Shown here one piece after another: positions 44,114 through 54,773 of a stretch of 64,000 nucleotides of DNA. Position 1 is the stretch's first letter. Each line of letters begins with the position of its first letter. This stretch comes from an uncultured Methanomicrobiaceae archaeon (GTDB taxonomy: Archaea; Halobacteriota; Methanomicrobia; Methanomicrobiales; Methanoculleaceae). A program made the translations under genes and the position numbers. The notes under the pieces are model-generated. The model saw nothing but the letters and a program-made list of their open reading frames with translations, was not told the DNA's origin and searched no databases. The stretch covers positions 480,001-544,000 of the forward strand of contig CAWGXH010000004.1 of the NCBI GenBank assembly GCA_963826525.1. The letters run 5' to 3'.

Positions 44114-44841
44114 ATCTGTTTGCACGCCAGACACTCCTTGTATCCCTTTTCCTTGACGACTTTCAGGATCTCACGGGGATTGCCGTGACACCGGATCTGG
44201 CCGTCGATCATCACATGCCCCTGATCGGCATCCACGTAGTCGAGAATATACCCGGTATGGGTGATTATGAGGCCGCTCCTGTGCCGGTTGACAATATGCA
44301 CATCCTTTTCGAGGAGGTGAGCGACCTCTTCGCCCATCAGCACCATATTCTCAAGGTCGACGCCGCTCTCCGGCTCGTCGAGCATGATGAAATCGGGCTG
44401 CTGCACCTTCAGCTGGAGCACCTCACTCCTTTTGATCTCGCCGCCGGAGAACCCGACGTTGGTGTCGCGGGTCAGGAAGTTCTCCATATTGACAGACTCC
44501 GCAAGCGCCTCGATGGCGTCTTCGCCGAGATCTGACGTGGCTGCCAGCAGTTTTCCGAGTTTCAGCCCCGCTATCGCCGGCGGGCGCTGGAAGAGCATGC
44601 CGATACCGAATGCAGCCCGCTCGTGAATGGGCATGGCAGTGATATCGGTCCCCTTAAAGAATATCGAGCCGTTGGTGACTTTATAGCCCCCGAACCCCAT
44701 GATCGTCATGAGGAGGGTGCTCTTCCCCGAGCCGTTCGGCCCCATCAGGACGTGGGTCTCCCCATCCCCGATCGTGAGGTTGATGTCGTGGAGCACCTCC
44801 CGATCTTCCACCATTACGTGCAAATCCCTGATCTCCAGCAT
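44110..44841 (-). CDS. sufC: SufC-like ABC ATPase (SmsC)
   Basis: GPNGSGKST, GFSGGEIKRSE, LDEPESGVD; C-terminal CxxC. Confidence 0.92.
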   Translation of the reverse strand: MLEIRDLHVMVEDREVLHDINLTIGDGETHVLMGPNGSGKSTLLMTIMGFGGYKVTNGSIFFKGTDITAMPIHERAAFGIGMLFQRPPAIAGLKLGKLLAATSDLGEDAIEALAESVNMENFLTRDTNVGFSGGEIKRSEVLQLKVQQPDFIMLDEPESGVDLENMVLMGEEVAHLLEKDVHIVNRHRSGLIITHTGYILDYVDADQGHVMIDGQIRCHGNPREILKVVKEKGYKECLACKQI

Positions 44842-45021
44842 AAGGCAACCTGAGTATTAATTACGACGACCCACACAATAAACGCTTGCGTGAGAGCAAT
44901 TCCGTCTCCGGTGTGCATCCACGGGATTTCCGAGCGGCAGAAAACAGCCGTAACGGCGGGCGGTTCACTTTCGCACCGCACCCCGCGTACCCTCTTATAT
45001 CGACCCGTCCCGGTCCATAGT

Positions 45022-45168
45022 ATGAATGGAAAGACATTCGCGTACCTCGCCGACCGGGCTAAAGAGCACTCCACCGTTACCCGCAAGAGCCAGATGCACA
45101 AGATAAGCTACATGACCAGCACCGGACAGAAGGTCTCTCTCATGACCATCCCGAGGGGCTACCCTTAA
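45022..45168 (+). CDS. Small basic hypothetical protein (48 aa)
   Basis: MNGKTFAYLADRAKEHSTVTRKSQMHKISYMTSTGQKVSLMTIPRGYP*; TTATAT ~22 bp upstream; codon usage like neighbouring genes. Confidence 0.6.
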   Translation: MNGKTFAYLADRAKEHSTVTRKSQMHKISYMTSTGQKVSLMTIPRGYP

Positions 45169-45209
45169 ACACTCCCGGTGCATACTGCCCCGGGAAGGGG
45201 TCGTGGGGG

Positions 45210-46112
45210 ATGAGAAAAAAAGGCGTCCGGGAAAGGAATGCAAAAGAGCAGGTCAGAAAAGGGACGAAAGCGGCAAACCTGTCGCTGCATGCGTCCAACC
45301 CGGAGGCTATCGAAGCGTACGAGAACACGATCATCTGCGGAGACGCCGCACGGGTTCTCCCGGCGATACCCGACCGGAGCATCGACATCATCATCACCTC
45401 GCCGCCGTACAACTTCGGCCACCACTACGCAGGCGACCTTGCCACCGATACGCGGGAATGGAACGATTACTTCGCCGGGCTCAATGCAATCTGGACCGAG
45501 TCGTATCGCATTCTGAAACCCGGCGGGCGGATTGCGGTCAACATCCAGCCCCTCTTCTCGGATTACATCCCGACGCACCACATGATCTCCCGGCAGCTCG
45601 CAGAGCTCGGGTTCCTCTGGAAGGCGGAGGTGCTCTGGGAGAAGCACAACTACAACGCCCGGTACACGGCATGGGGCAGCTGGAAATCCCCCTCGATGCC
45701 GTACCTGAAGTATACCTGGGAGTACATCGAGATCTTCGATAAAGAGACCCACAAAAAGACCGGCCAGCGGGAGGATATCGATATCACGGGGCCTGAGTTC
45801 AAGGAGTGGGTCAACGCCCGCTGGTCGTTCCCGCCGGAGACCCGGATGCGGGACTACCGCCATCCGGCAATGTTCCCCGAAGAGCTGCCGCGGCGGCTGA
45901 TAAAACTCTTCTCCTACCGGGGAGATGTGGTCCTCGATCCCTTCAATGGAGCAGGAACGACGACATCCGTCGCATACGGTCTCGGAAGGCGGTTCATCGG
46001 CATCGATATCTCCGACGAGTACTGCTCGACCGCGATGAAGCGGCATTTGAAACTCCGGGACGGGAAGAAGCCCCGTTTCGTCCACTGGGACAAGGGAGTT
46101 ACCGGGGCGTGA
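45210..46112 (+). CDS. Site-specific DNA methyltransferase, beta class (SPPY, probably m4C)
   Basis: IITSPPYN ... HPAMFPEEL ... VLDPFNGAGTT. Confidence 0.93.
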   Translation: MRKKGVRERNAKEQVRKGTKAANLSLHASNPEAIEAYENTIICGDAARVLPAIPDRSIDIIITSPPYNFGHHYAGDLATDTREWNDYFAGLNAIWTESYRILKPGGRIAVNIQPLFSDYIPTHHMISRQLAELGFLWKAEVLWEKHNYNARYTAWGSWKSPSMPYLKYTWEYIEIFDKETHKKTGQREDIDITGPEFKEWVNARWSFPPETRMRDYRHPAMFPEELPRRLIKLFSYRGDVVLDPFNGAGTTTSVAYGLGRRFIGIDISDEYCSTAMKRHLKLRDGKKPRFVHWDKGVTGA

Positions 46113-47250
46113 GGGCTTCGGAGAGATGCTCCTCGACGAACCGGTACGTGCCGGGCCGGTCGTAAGCATGCAGAACGATCCGGTTGTATATCCCGGCAGA
46201 CGCTTTCGATTCTTCGACCATGCGGCTGTATTCGTCGACGTTGCGGTTGTACTCGCCCACGAGAGCATTGTACCCGGGGACGAGGGCATCATAGCCCTGA
46301 TAATCCGCGAAAGCGTCCAGCCGGTCCATCTCTGCCCGAAGTTCCGAAAGCCTGGCATCGGTCTCCTGGAGTTCCGCCTGCCGGGCGTCGATGAGCGGTG
46401 CGAGAGCCAGAACGCGTGCATGCGAGAGATCGCGAGCACTCAGGATCGCCAGAATCTCGGTGCAGTTCCCGTACGCGGTCGTGCCGTTCCCCACCGGGAT
46501 CACGGTCGGAATCGAGGTGAGCGCTGTTCCTCCATCGAGTTCACCCGGCGAAATCCCGACGAAACTCGTATTCGTAGCCTCGATGTACGCATACGGCGAG
46601 GCATTGAAGAGGCAACCGGTGCTGTTCACCCCGACCGCCATGTGTTTTTCCGCCTCGAAGTAGAAGAGTGCCGTCCCGTAGCCTTCCCGTGCGAGCAGTG
46701 CCGCGAGGAGGAGACTTTTATCGTCGCAGTCGCCCTTCCCGTCGACGAACGTCTCTATCGGAAACTTCGGTTCGACCAGAAGGTCGTCGCTCTCGTAGGG
46801 GATCGACTGGACGAAGACCGCGAGCAGCTCGAGGTAGCGGTCGGAGTCGAGTCCCTCCCGTTCCCGGATCGCTCGTGTCTCGGTAAGAAGTGCGGTATAG
46901 AACGGCTCCTGGTCGGCATCGTCGATGAATGCCCGGTAGTAGAGGGGCAGCCACTCCTCCCGTGAAAAGTTCTCGTAGAGATAGATCGCCTTGTCGGCCT
47001 GCTTCGCTCCGCCGTAGACGGCGGGATCGACCGTAGCCCGGACGGTCTCGGTACCCTGCTCGAAGGGGAACGTATACAGAGTCTCGCCGTCGAGCGTATA
47101 CCCCTCCACCGGCACGATCTCCGGGGGCACCACCGCAGGGTGGGAGAGGGCACCGAGGCAGCCGGAGAGACCGAGCACTCCTGCGAGGACAAGGAGGGAG
47201 CAGAGCAGAACCAGAACCATCCCGAACCGGGCTGCCTGTCTCCCGGTCAT
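46099..47250 (-). CDS. Membrane-anchored transglutaminase-like protein with C-terminal coiled coil
   Basis: FVQSIPY, KFPIETFVDGKGDCDDKSLL, HMAVG, YIEAT. Confidence 0.8.
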   Translation of the reverse strand: MTGRQAARFGMVLVLLCSLLVLAGVLGLSGCLGALSHPAVVPPEIVPVEGYTLDGETLYTFPFEQGTETVRATVDPAVYGGAKQADKAIYLYENFSREEWLPLYYRAFIDDADQEPFYTALLTETRAIREREGLDSDRYLELLAVFVQSIPYESDDLLVEPKFPIETFVDGKGDCDDKSLLLAALLAREGYGTALFYFEAEKHMAVGVNSTGCLFNASPYAYIEATNTSFVGISPGELDGGTALTSIPTVIPVGNGTTAYGNCTEILAILSARDLSHARVLALAPLIDARQAELQETDARLSELRAEMDRLDAFADYQGYDALVPGYNALVGEYNRNVDEYSRMVEESKASAGIYNRIVLHAYDRPGTYRFVEEHLSEALTPR

Positions 47251-48017
47251 CGGAGATACTCCGGAAGGGCGGCCAGCGACTCGATGACGAGATCGGGGAC
47301 GACGCCCGAACGCCTGACAGCGCCTTCGCGGTACTTGCCGGTCTTCACGAGGATCCCGAGAAGTCCTGCCGCCTGCGCGCCGCCGACATCGGTGCGGATA
47401 TCGTCGCCGATCATCGCCGCCTCACCGGGGGTGACCCCCATCTCGCGGAGGGCGAGCGCAAAGAACGCTTCCGACGGCTTTCCCATCACCTCGGCCCTGA
47501 CGCCGGCGGCATACTCGAGGCCTGCGACGAACGGGCCTGCAGAGAGCATCAGGCCGTCGCCGCCCATCCAGTAGCGGTCCTTCTCGAGCGCCAGCAGCTC
47601 GGCGCCGTCCGTCAGCAGGCGGAAGGCCGTGTTCATCCGGTCGTAGGTGAAGTTCTCACCGGCATCGCCGACGATGACGACGTCCACATCCTCCTCGGTG
47701 ATGCAGATCCCTTCCTGCTCGAAGTCTTCGCGAATATCCCCGGTGGTAAGCAGGAAGCACCGGCTCTGCCCCTTCTCACGCATCCGGGAGACGGCGGCCA
47801 CCGGCGAGGTGACGATCAGGTCGGCAGGGATAGTGTATCCAAGCCCGGCGAGCCGCCCGGCAATGGAGCGGCGCGACCGCCGGGTGGTATTCGAGACGAA
47901 CCGGAACGGCGTTCCCTGCTCCTCGAGGAACGCGAGGGTCTCCCGTGCCCCCGTGACCGGGGAGTCGCCGACGTAGAGCACCCCGTCGATATCGATGAGA
48001 AACGCTTCTGCCTCCAT
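47247..48017 (-). CDS. HAD-IIA hydrolase (LHPP-like)
   Basis: DIDGVL, SNTT, GKPS, MIGDDIRTDVGGA, VKTGKY. Confidence 0.92.
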   Translation of the reverse strand: MEAEAFLIDIDGVLYVGDSPVTGARETLAFLEEQGTPFRFVSNTTRRSRRSIAGRLAGLGYTIPADLIVTSPVAAVSRMREKGQSRCFLLTTGDIREDFEQEGICITEEDVDVVIVGDAGENFTYDRMNTAFRLLTDGAELLALEKDRYWMGGDGLMLSAGPFVAGLEYAAGVRAEVMGKPSEAFFALALREMGVTPGEAAMIGDDIRTDVGGAQAAGLLGILVKTGKYREGAVRRSGVVPDLVIESLAALPEYLR

Positions 48018-48020
48018 AGA

Positions 48021-48710
48021 TCAGTCCCGTTCCTGCAGGAAGAGCGTGACGAGGTCCCTGCAGAGTTGCCCGCTCTCGTCCAGGTACCGGGGCGTGTCGG
48101 CACGGATCCGCCGGCGCTCCCTCTCATCGAGGGTCTCTGTCCAGGTCTCGATGATCTCCGCTGTCACCTCCATGTGGAACTGAACGCCGAGTGCGGTTTT
48201 CAGCGTGTAGAGCTGGTTTGGGACGTCGCTCCCCCAGGCGAGCACCTCAGCGCCGTCCGGGAGATCGAACGTCTCGGTATGCCAGTGAAAGACCTTCGGG
48301 CGGTCGGGGCGGTCGGGCAGCAGATCGCTCCTGACAATGTCGATGTCGCACCAGCCCCGCTCGGGTATCCCGGGGAAGACCCGCTGCCCGAACGCGCTCG
48401 CGATCAGCTGGGCGCCGAGGCAGATCCCGAGCACCGGAGCTCCTGCCCGGATACTGCGCCGGATCAGTTCCTTCTCGCCTTTCAGGAACGGGTACTCCCG
48501 CTCGTCGTTGACGCTCATCTGCCCGCCGAGAAATATCAGGGGAGATGCACCGACGGGCGGGATCGGCGCGCCTTCGTAGAGGCGGACGATCCGGTACTCG
48601 AGATCCCGTTCGGACAGTATCTGTTCAAGCAGGCCCGCGGGTTCTGTCTCCCCGTGCTGGAAGATTGTGATCACTGCTACTCCCTCGGAAATCAACACCT
48701 TACTACGCAC
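48021..48710 (-). CDS. Type 1 glutamine amidotransferase (GMP synthase-like)
   Basis: GGQMSVND, LGICLGAQL, FHWH, QFHME. Confidence 0.9.
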   Translation of the reverse strand: MRSKVLISEGVAVITIFQHGETEPAGLLEQILSERDLEYRIVRLYEGAPIPPVGASPLIFLGGQMSVNDEREYPFLKGEKELIRRSIRAGAPVLGICLGAQLIASAFGQRVFPGIPERGWCDIDIVRSDLLPDRPDRPKVFHWHTETFDLPDGAEVLAWGSDVPNQLYTLKTALGVQFHMEVTAEIIETWTETLDERERRRIRADTPRYLDESGQLCRDLVTLFLQERD

Positions 48711-48836
48711 CCCTGGTATTTATGCGCGATCCGGCAGGCGGAAGGACGGGTGCCGTAACCCGCAGTACGGCTTTCACTTTCGCTGCCCGGAGACCTGCTT
48801 CATATAGATTCTCCGGCCAACGTGATCTCCATATAC

Positions 48837-49918
48837 ATGACCGGCATCTTCGACCACCTCGGCAGGGAGTGGCGTCACCGCGTCGGGAGCCTCCGTGAGT
48901 ACCGAGGTTCGGGAGGACGGGGATCTCACCGGCACGAGCGTCTCCGATGCATACCTCTTCCACTCGGACTACGACCACGCACGGCGGTTGAAGCACCGGC
49001 TCCTTGAGACCTACCGGAATGTCCCGCTCGATACCATATTTTGCGGCAGAGAGGAGCGGAACGATGCCGGTGCCTGCTACGCCGTCGAGTCTTCAGCAGC
49101 GCTCGTGATGAAGGGAGCCGACCGGGAGCTGGCAACCGCAGCGATACTCTCGGATCTGACGCTGGTCCGCGGGATCGGGGAACGCACAGCGGTGCGGCTC
49201 CGGCAGAGGGGGTACCGGACGATCGCCGATCTTACCCGGCACCCGAGGTACGGAAGCGACGCCGACCACCTGCTCCGGCAGGTCTCCTCCGGGACGACCG
49301 CCGACCTCATGCAGTCTATCGGGAGGCGGCACCAGGTCTCGCACCCACTGGTGCTCGCGACGAGCCGGTTCCACGACCCCGAGGAGTTCGTCTTCCTCGA
49401 TATCGAGACCATGGGGCTCTTCTCCCGGCCGATCATTCTCTTCGGCCTCGCGGATATCAGCGGTTCAGCGATCACCGTCAGCCAGTACCTGCTCCGCGGG
49501 ATCGATGAAGAGGAGGCGGCACTCTGCGCGACACTCGAGCACCTCTCCAGAGAGGACGCGTGCCTGGTCACCTTCAACGGGAAGGCCTTCGATCTGCCGT
49601 ACGTCAGAGACCGGCTCGCCTACTACGGTATCGCCGCGGACTTCGGCATGCCGCACTTCGACGCCCTCCACTTCTCGCGGCGGTGCTGGAAGAAGAAGCT
49701 CGCGAGCTGCCGGCTGACGGCGCTCGAGAAGGCGAGTCTTCGGGGTTGAGCGGAGCGACGACGTTCCGAGCGCTATGGTGCCCGAGTTCTACGAGACCTA
49801 CCTTCGGACGGGGAATGCCGGCCCGCTCGTGCCGGTGGTGGAGCACAACCGGCAGGACCTGATCTCGCTCGCCCGCCTCTTCGTCCACCTCCGGGAGGAG
49901 TGGGATGGCAGTAACTGA
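48837..49918 (+). CDS. yprB: YprB/MrfB-like RNase H-superfamily exonuclease with HhH domain; frameshifts near 48903 and 49735
   Basis: LTLVRGIGERTA (HhH), FLDIETMGL, VTFNGKAFDLPY, HFD, LTALE, HNRQDL. Confidence 0.88.
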
Positions 49919-52192
49919 CCTTCTCCGCCTGCTCGCACAGGCTCCGAAGTATCGGAGCCGGATCGCCCATATCGAAGAGATCCCACCGCGTTCGCCGAAG
50001 TACGGCACCCTCTCCCGTCCCCTCCCCGGGGAGCTTCTGAGTTACCTTGCAGAGAAGCATATCCGGCTCTATACCCCCCAATGCGAGGCAATCGAGCGGA
50101 TCCGAAACGGCGAGCACCTCGTCATCACCACCCCCACCGCAAGCGGGAAGACCCTCGCCTTTACCCTGCCCATCCTCGAGCAGGCTCGCTAGGGACCCGG
50201 GAGCGACCGCCCTCTACCTCTACCCCACGAAGGCGCTTGCGAACGACCAGTACGGATCGCTCCGGGAGATAGAGCAGTATACAGGCATTTCCACGAACAC
50301 CGCCATCTACGACGGCGACACGCCGCAGGGACGACGGGCGGCGATCCGAGAGCGCTCCCGTATCGTCATCAGCAATCCCTACGAGCTGCACCAGATTCTC
50401 CCCTGGCACAGCAAGTGGAGCAGATTCTATAGAGGCCTCCGGTTCATCGTCATCGACGAGGCGCATCGCTACCGTGGTGTCTTCGGCGCACAGGTTGCCG
50501 GCGTCCTGCGAAGGCTTCTCCGGATCTGCAGGCATTACGGTTCGGAGCCGCAGTTCGTCCTCTCGACGGCGACGATTGCAAACCCCGTCGAGTTCGCCGG
50601 GGCGCTGACCGGCGTCTCGGCTTCCCCGATCAGCGAGGACGGATCGCCGGCGGGCAGGAAGACCTTCGTCCTCTACAATCCCTATGCAGAGGGGATCGGG
50701 GATCGCTCCACTCACCAGGAGACGAGCGATCTCTTCACCGAGGCGCTCAGGCAGGACTGCCGGACTATCTGCTTCACGGCCTCGCGGCGGACGGCGGAGC
50801 TCGTCGCCCGGTGGTCGCAGGAGGCGCTCGGCGAGGAACGGGCGCACACTATCGCCTCCTACCGTGCAGGCTACCTCCCGGAGGAGCGCCGGGAGATCGA
50901 AAGGGCGTTGAAGCGCGGGGATCTCACCGGGGTGGTCTCGACGAACGCCCTCGAACTCGGGATCGACATCGGTTCGCTCGACGGGGCGATCCTCTCCGGG
51001 TATCCCGGGACGATGATGTCGGTCTGGCAACAGGCAGGGCGGGCCGGCAGGCGTGGCGGCGATGCGTTTGCCGTCATGGTCGCCTTCGCCGATCCTCTCA
51101 ACCAGTACTTCATGCGCCACCCGGCGGCGTTCTTTGCAAAGCCGCACGAACACGCCGTGCTTGACCCTGATAACCCGTTCATTCTGGCCGGGCACCTGCT
51201 CTGTGCGGCGGCGGAGCTGCCGCTCGATATCGACCGGGACAGAACCTTCTTCGGGGAGGGGATCGCAGCGGTGACGGCGGCGCTCGAGCAGCAGCATCTC
51301 CTGACCGGGACGCGCCGTGGCCTGGTCTATGCGGGGCGGGGGAGAGCAACCGAGGCGGTCGGCCTCGACGGCAGCTCGTCCGATACCTTCAGGATTCTCC
51401 ACAATGGGCGGCTCCTCGAGACGATGAACCGGGCGCAGGCGTACCGGGAGGCGCATCCCGGTGCCGTCCTGCTCCACCGCGGCGAGACGTATACTGTCGT
51501 CGCCATGGACATCGACGAGCGGGTCGTCCGCGTCCGGGAGACGGAGGATGACTGCTACACCCAGCCGTCCGTCCGTACCGACGTCGCGATCACGGTGGAG
51601 CGGAAGCGGCAAGAGATCGGGGATCTCGTCCTCTCGTTCGGGGAGGTGGAGGTCTCGGAGGAGGTGGCGGGGTATACCGTCCGGCGACGGGGCAGCGTCG
51701 TCGAGAGCAGATCGCTCGATCTCCCGCCGATCCAATTTCCCACGAAGGCACTCTGGTTCACCGTTCCGGAGGCTCTCACGGGCGCCGTCGTCCGGGCAGG
51801 AGGGGATCTTGCCGGCGGTCTCCACGGCGCCGAACATGCGTTGATAGCGGCGATGCCCTACCACGTCGTCTGCGACCGGCGGGATATCGGCGGGATCTCG
51901 ACCCCGTTCCACCCGGCCACCGGCGAGGCCACGATCGTCGTCTACGACGGGTGCGCCGGCGGCATCGGGCTTGCGGAGAAGGCGTACCATCTCCTCGCCC
52001 CGTGGGTTTCGATGACCGCCGCTCTTGTCCGGGACTGCCCCTGTGAGACAGGGTGTCCTGCCTGCATCTACTCCCCGAAATGCGGAAACGGCAATCAGCC
52101 GCTCGACAAACAGGCGTGCCGCCTGCTGCTCGACGGGATGGTCAGGGTCCCTCGCTCCGGCGGAGGGCGAGGCGGCATCGCACGACCGATAG
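49905..52192 (+). CDS. yprA: YprA/MrfA (Hrq1/SftH-like) DEAH helicase with DUF1998; frameshifts near 50185 and 52146
   Basis: TPTASGKT, YPTKALANDQ, DEAH, QQAGRAGR, HGAEHAL, YDG..GGIG, CPCETGCPAC..SPKC. Confidence 0.92.
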
Positions 52193-52237
52193 CCTCAAAA
52201 ATCATCCACGCCTATCCGGCAGGCAACGGTGAATCCG

Positions 52238-52772
52238 ATGAGCATTGTTCTGGTGCCGATGGAGAAGCTCGAGCCCGATATTCTCCCGGAATTCCGCGAG
52301 GGGCTTCGCCGGATCTTCCGGCAGGAGGTGGGGATCGGAAAGCGGGTGAACCTTCCCGGCAGTGCGAAGAACGATGCCCGGGGACAGTACGAGGCCGAGA
52401 CGGTGCTTGAGGCACTCTCGCTCTCGGGCGAAGGGACCGGCTACGACCGGCTGCTCGGAATCACCGGTGCGGATCTGTACGTCCCCGGATTAAACTTCGT
52501 CTTCGGCCTTGCCAAACGGAGGACTGCAGTAATATCACTCCACCGACTCCGCCAGCCCTTCTACCATCTCCCCGAAGACCGCGAGGTCTTCTCCCACAGG
52601 GTGCTCGTCGAGGCGGTGCACGAACTCGGGCATACCTACGGCCTCTCCCACTGCAGCGACCCTGCTTGCGTGATGTACTTCTCCCAGACCATCGCCGATA
52701 CCGACCGGAAAGGCCCTACGTTCTGTGCAGCCTGCCACCCGGAGATCCAGGACGGACACACCCCGGCGATGA
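52238..52772 (+). CDS. amzA: Archaemetzincin Zn-metalloprotease
   Basis: RGQY, LNFVFG, HELGHTYGLSHCSDPACVM, FCAAC. Confidence 0.92.
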
Positions 52773-53311
52773 TGCAGAACCTCCTGATCACCGGAAAGCC
52801 CGGGGCGGGCAAGACGACGCTCGTCCGGAGGATCGTCGAAGACCTGAGCGAATATCGTCCGGTTGGGTTTTACACGCAGGAGGTCAGGGAAGCGGGAAGG
52901 AGAGTCGGGTTCGAGCTGGTGAGCCTCGACGGCAGGCTGCGGGTGCTCGCCCACACCGGGATAGAGAGCCCTCACCAGGTGGGGAAGTACGGCGTGGATG
53001 TCGAGGGGTTCGAGGAGTTCCTCGCCGCGATACCCTTCACCGGCCGGGAGGCGGATCTCATCGTCATCGACGAGATCGGGAAGATGGAGTGGTTCTCATA
53101 CAGGTTCCGGGAGATTGTCCGGGAGGCTCTCGACGCCGCGACGCCCTGCCTGGCAACGATCGCACTGCACGGGGGGAGAGAGATCGAGGCTCTCCGGCTC
53201 CGGCAGGACGTGCGGGTAGTCGAGATCACCCGGGAGAACCGGGGCGAACTCCTTCCCACGCTCGGGGAAGACCTGCGGCGGATGGTTGCGGCGGCACCTG
53301 AGAGGGCATGA
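52772..53311 (+). CDS. Nucleoside-triphosphatase (THEP1 family)
   Basis: LITGKPGAGKTT, GFYTQEVR..RVGF, VGKYGVD, IDEIGKME. Confidence 0.93.
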   Translation: MQNLLITGKPGAGKTTLVRRIVEDLSEYRPVGFYTQEVREAGRRVGFELVSLDGRLRVLAHTGIESPHQVGKYGVDVEGFEEFLAAIPFTGREADLIVIDEIGKMEWFSYRFREIVREALDAATPCLATIALHGGREIEALRLRQDVRVVEITRENRGELLPTLGEDLRRMVAAAPERA

Positions 53312-53342
53312 AGAAACGTGCCGAATAATCGGCGTTGTGCAC

Positions 53343-53550
53343 ACATATTTTCCAGAAGATGCGGGAATCGCGAAATAAACCGCAATACAGGAATATAATA
53401 TATAAAAACTCATAAAAAACGCAATTCCCATTTTAAGCAAAAAATACTGGCTTAAATAAAATTTAAAACAAAATATGGCAATTTGACACACCGGAAAGTT
53501 TATTTCGCCGACAATCCAACGTAGACTTTCGCCCCCATATATTATTTTTA
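53343..53550. other. Strongly AT-rich tract with A-runs between convergent genes
   Basis: Visibly AT-rich in a GC-rich genome; BRE/TATA-like GGAAAGTTTATTT at ~53493-53505. Confidence 0.7.
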
Positions 53551-53723
53551 GTCACTCCGGAGCAGAGGGAAAACACGCCCGGACTCTTCATCTCTATTCG
53601 CCGTCTGGTACTCGATCGTTCCCGCACATACAGAATCCATTCTGAAAGGCTCCGATACTCGGGTTTCCATCAACGGATGAGCAATAGGAGGTATCCGGCC
53701 GCCTGTAGGCAGATACCCCGCGA

Positions 53724-53930
53724 TCATTCGAGGTCGGCCTCCTCGAATATGAAGAGGTCATCGATCGTCGTCCCGAGTTCGCAGGCGACCTTGTAGGCGA
53801 GCTTGAGGGAGGGGTTGTACTTCCCCTTCTCGAGAAAGACGATCGTCTCCCGCCGGACACCGGCACGTTTCGCGAGGTCCTCCTGGGTGAGCCCGAGTTT
53901 CGCCCGGAACTCCTTGATTCTGGTCTGCAT
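53724..53930 (-). CDS. XRE-family HTH transcriptional regulator
   Basis: [29 protein letters not shown]. Confidence 0.95.
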   Translation of the reverse strand: MQTRIKEFRAKLGLTQEDLAKRAGVRRETIVFLEKGKYNPSLKLAYKVACELGTTIDDLFIFEEADLE

Positions 53931-53964
53931 CAGATCACCTCTGAACGCCGGCGACCGGAGTGAG

Positions 53965-54372
53965 TCATGCCACGTCCCCCTGCCGGTTCAGCCAGTACAG
54001 TGCAGCCGAAGCAGTAACACCGAGCGCAAAGAAGGTCAGGGTAAAAGCATCTCTCCCGCTCATCCCGAAAACTCCGGTGTAATCGAGAAAGAGCATGAGA
54101 GCAGCAAGGAGAAACGACGCCTGCCACGAGTACGCGTATGCCGCCCGGCGAATCCGGCGATCCCGCTCGTCCTCCTCTACCGGCGGTCGGTTCTTTCGGA
54201 ACGTGAAGGCCTGCACGCCCGCAACCACACCAAGAGCAACTCCCGCAACGATGAGGTAGAGCGGGCCTGGCGCCGTCATGCCGGAGAAGAGCAGGAGCAT
54301 ACCGGCTGCGAGCAGGACAAGACCGAAGGTCAGGAAGAGCCAGGCCTCCGCCTGACCCGGCCGGCCGCTCAT
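53965..54372 (-). CDS. DUF2178-like membrane protein
   Basis: Four hydrophobic segments; [17 protein letters not shown]. Confidence 0.8.
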   Translation of the reverse strand: MSGRPGQAEAWLFLTFGLVLLAAGMLLLFSGMTAPGPLYLIVAGVALGVVAGVQAFTFRKNRPPVEEDERDRRIRRAAYAYSWQASFLLAALMLFLDYTGVFGMSGRDAFTLTFFALGVTASAALYWLNRQGDVA

Positions 54373-54758
54373 GCCACGTCACCCTTTCGGAAGAGGAACC
54401 ACTGGAAGACCCGTGCGGAGAGGATCATGCCGAAGAGCAGGACGGCGAGCACGCCCTGAAGGCTGAGGGCCGCGAGGTCGAGGAAATCCACCCAGAAGAA
54501 GACCATGATCAGCACCAGGGTGAGGAGCCAGGAGTAGGTGATGCCGTAGGCGCCGATCTTCTTCGTCCGCTCATCAGCCCGCACCTCACCGCGGTAGCGA
54601 ACGGTGGTGATCATCGTCACGATCAGTATGGCGATACCTGCCGAGATGAGAGCCGTCAAAGCCGGGCCTTCGGCAGCAATGCCGGTAACCGGAAGGACGA
54701 TGCCTGCAAGAACGAGCAAGAGCCCGAGGATTAGTACTAGGGTGTTTTTCCACTGCAT
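54369..54758 (-). CDS. DUF2178-like membrane protein
   Basis: DERTKKIGAYGITYSW; ends KGDVA like its neighbour (QGDVA). Confidence 0.8.
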   Translation of the reverse strand: MQWKNTLVLILGLLLVLAGIVLPVTGIAAEGPALTALISAGIAILIVTMITTVRYRGEVRADERTKKIGAYGITYSWLLTLVLIMVFFWVDFLDLAALSLQGVLAVLLFGMILSARVFQWFLFRKGDVA

Positions 54759-54773
54759 CTCTGATCACTCATT

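Noticed and set aside
52229-53311. Apparent archaemetzincin-NTPase fusion (360-aa ORF)
   Set aside because: Removing one C near 52738-52740 ends the protease at TGA 52770-52772, overlapping the NTPase ATG (TGATG coupling). Given the indel rate, this is probably an artefact.
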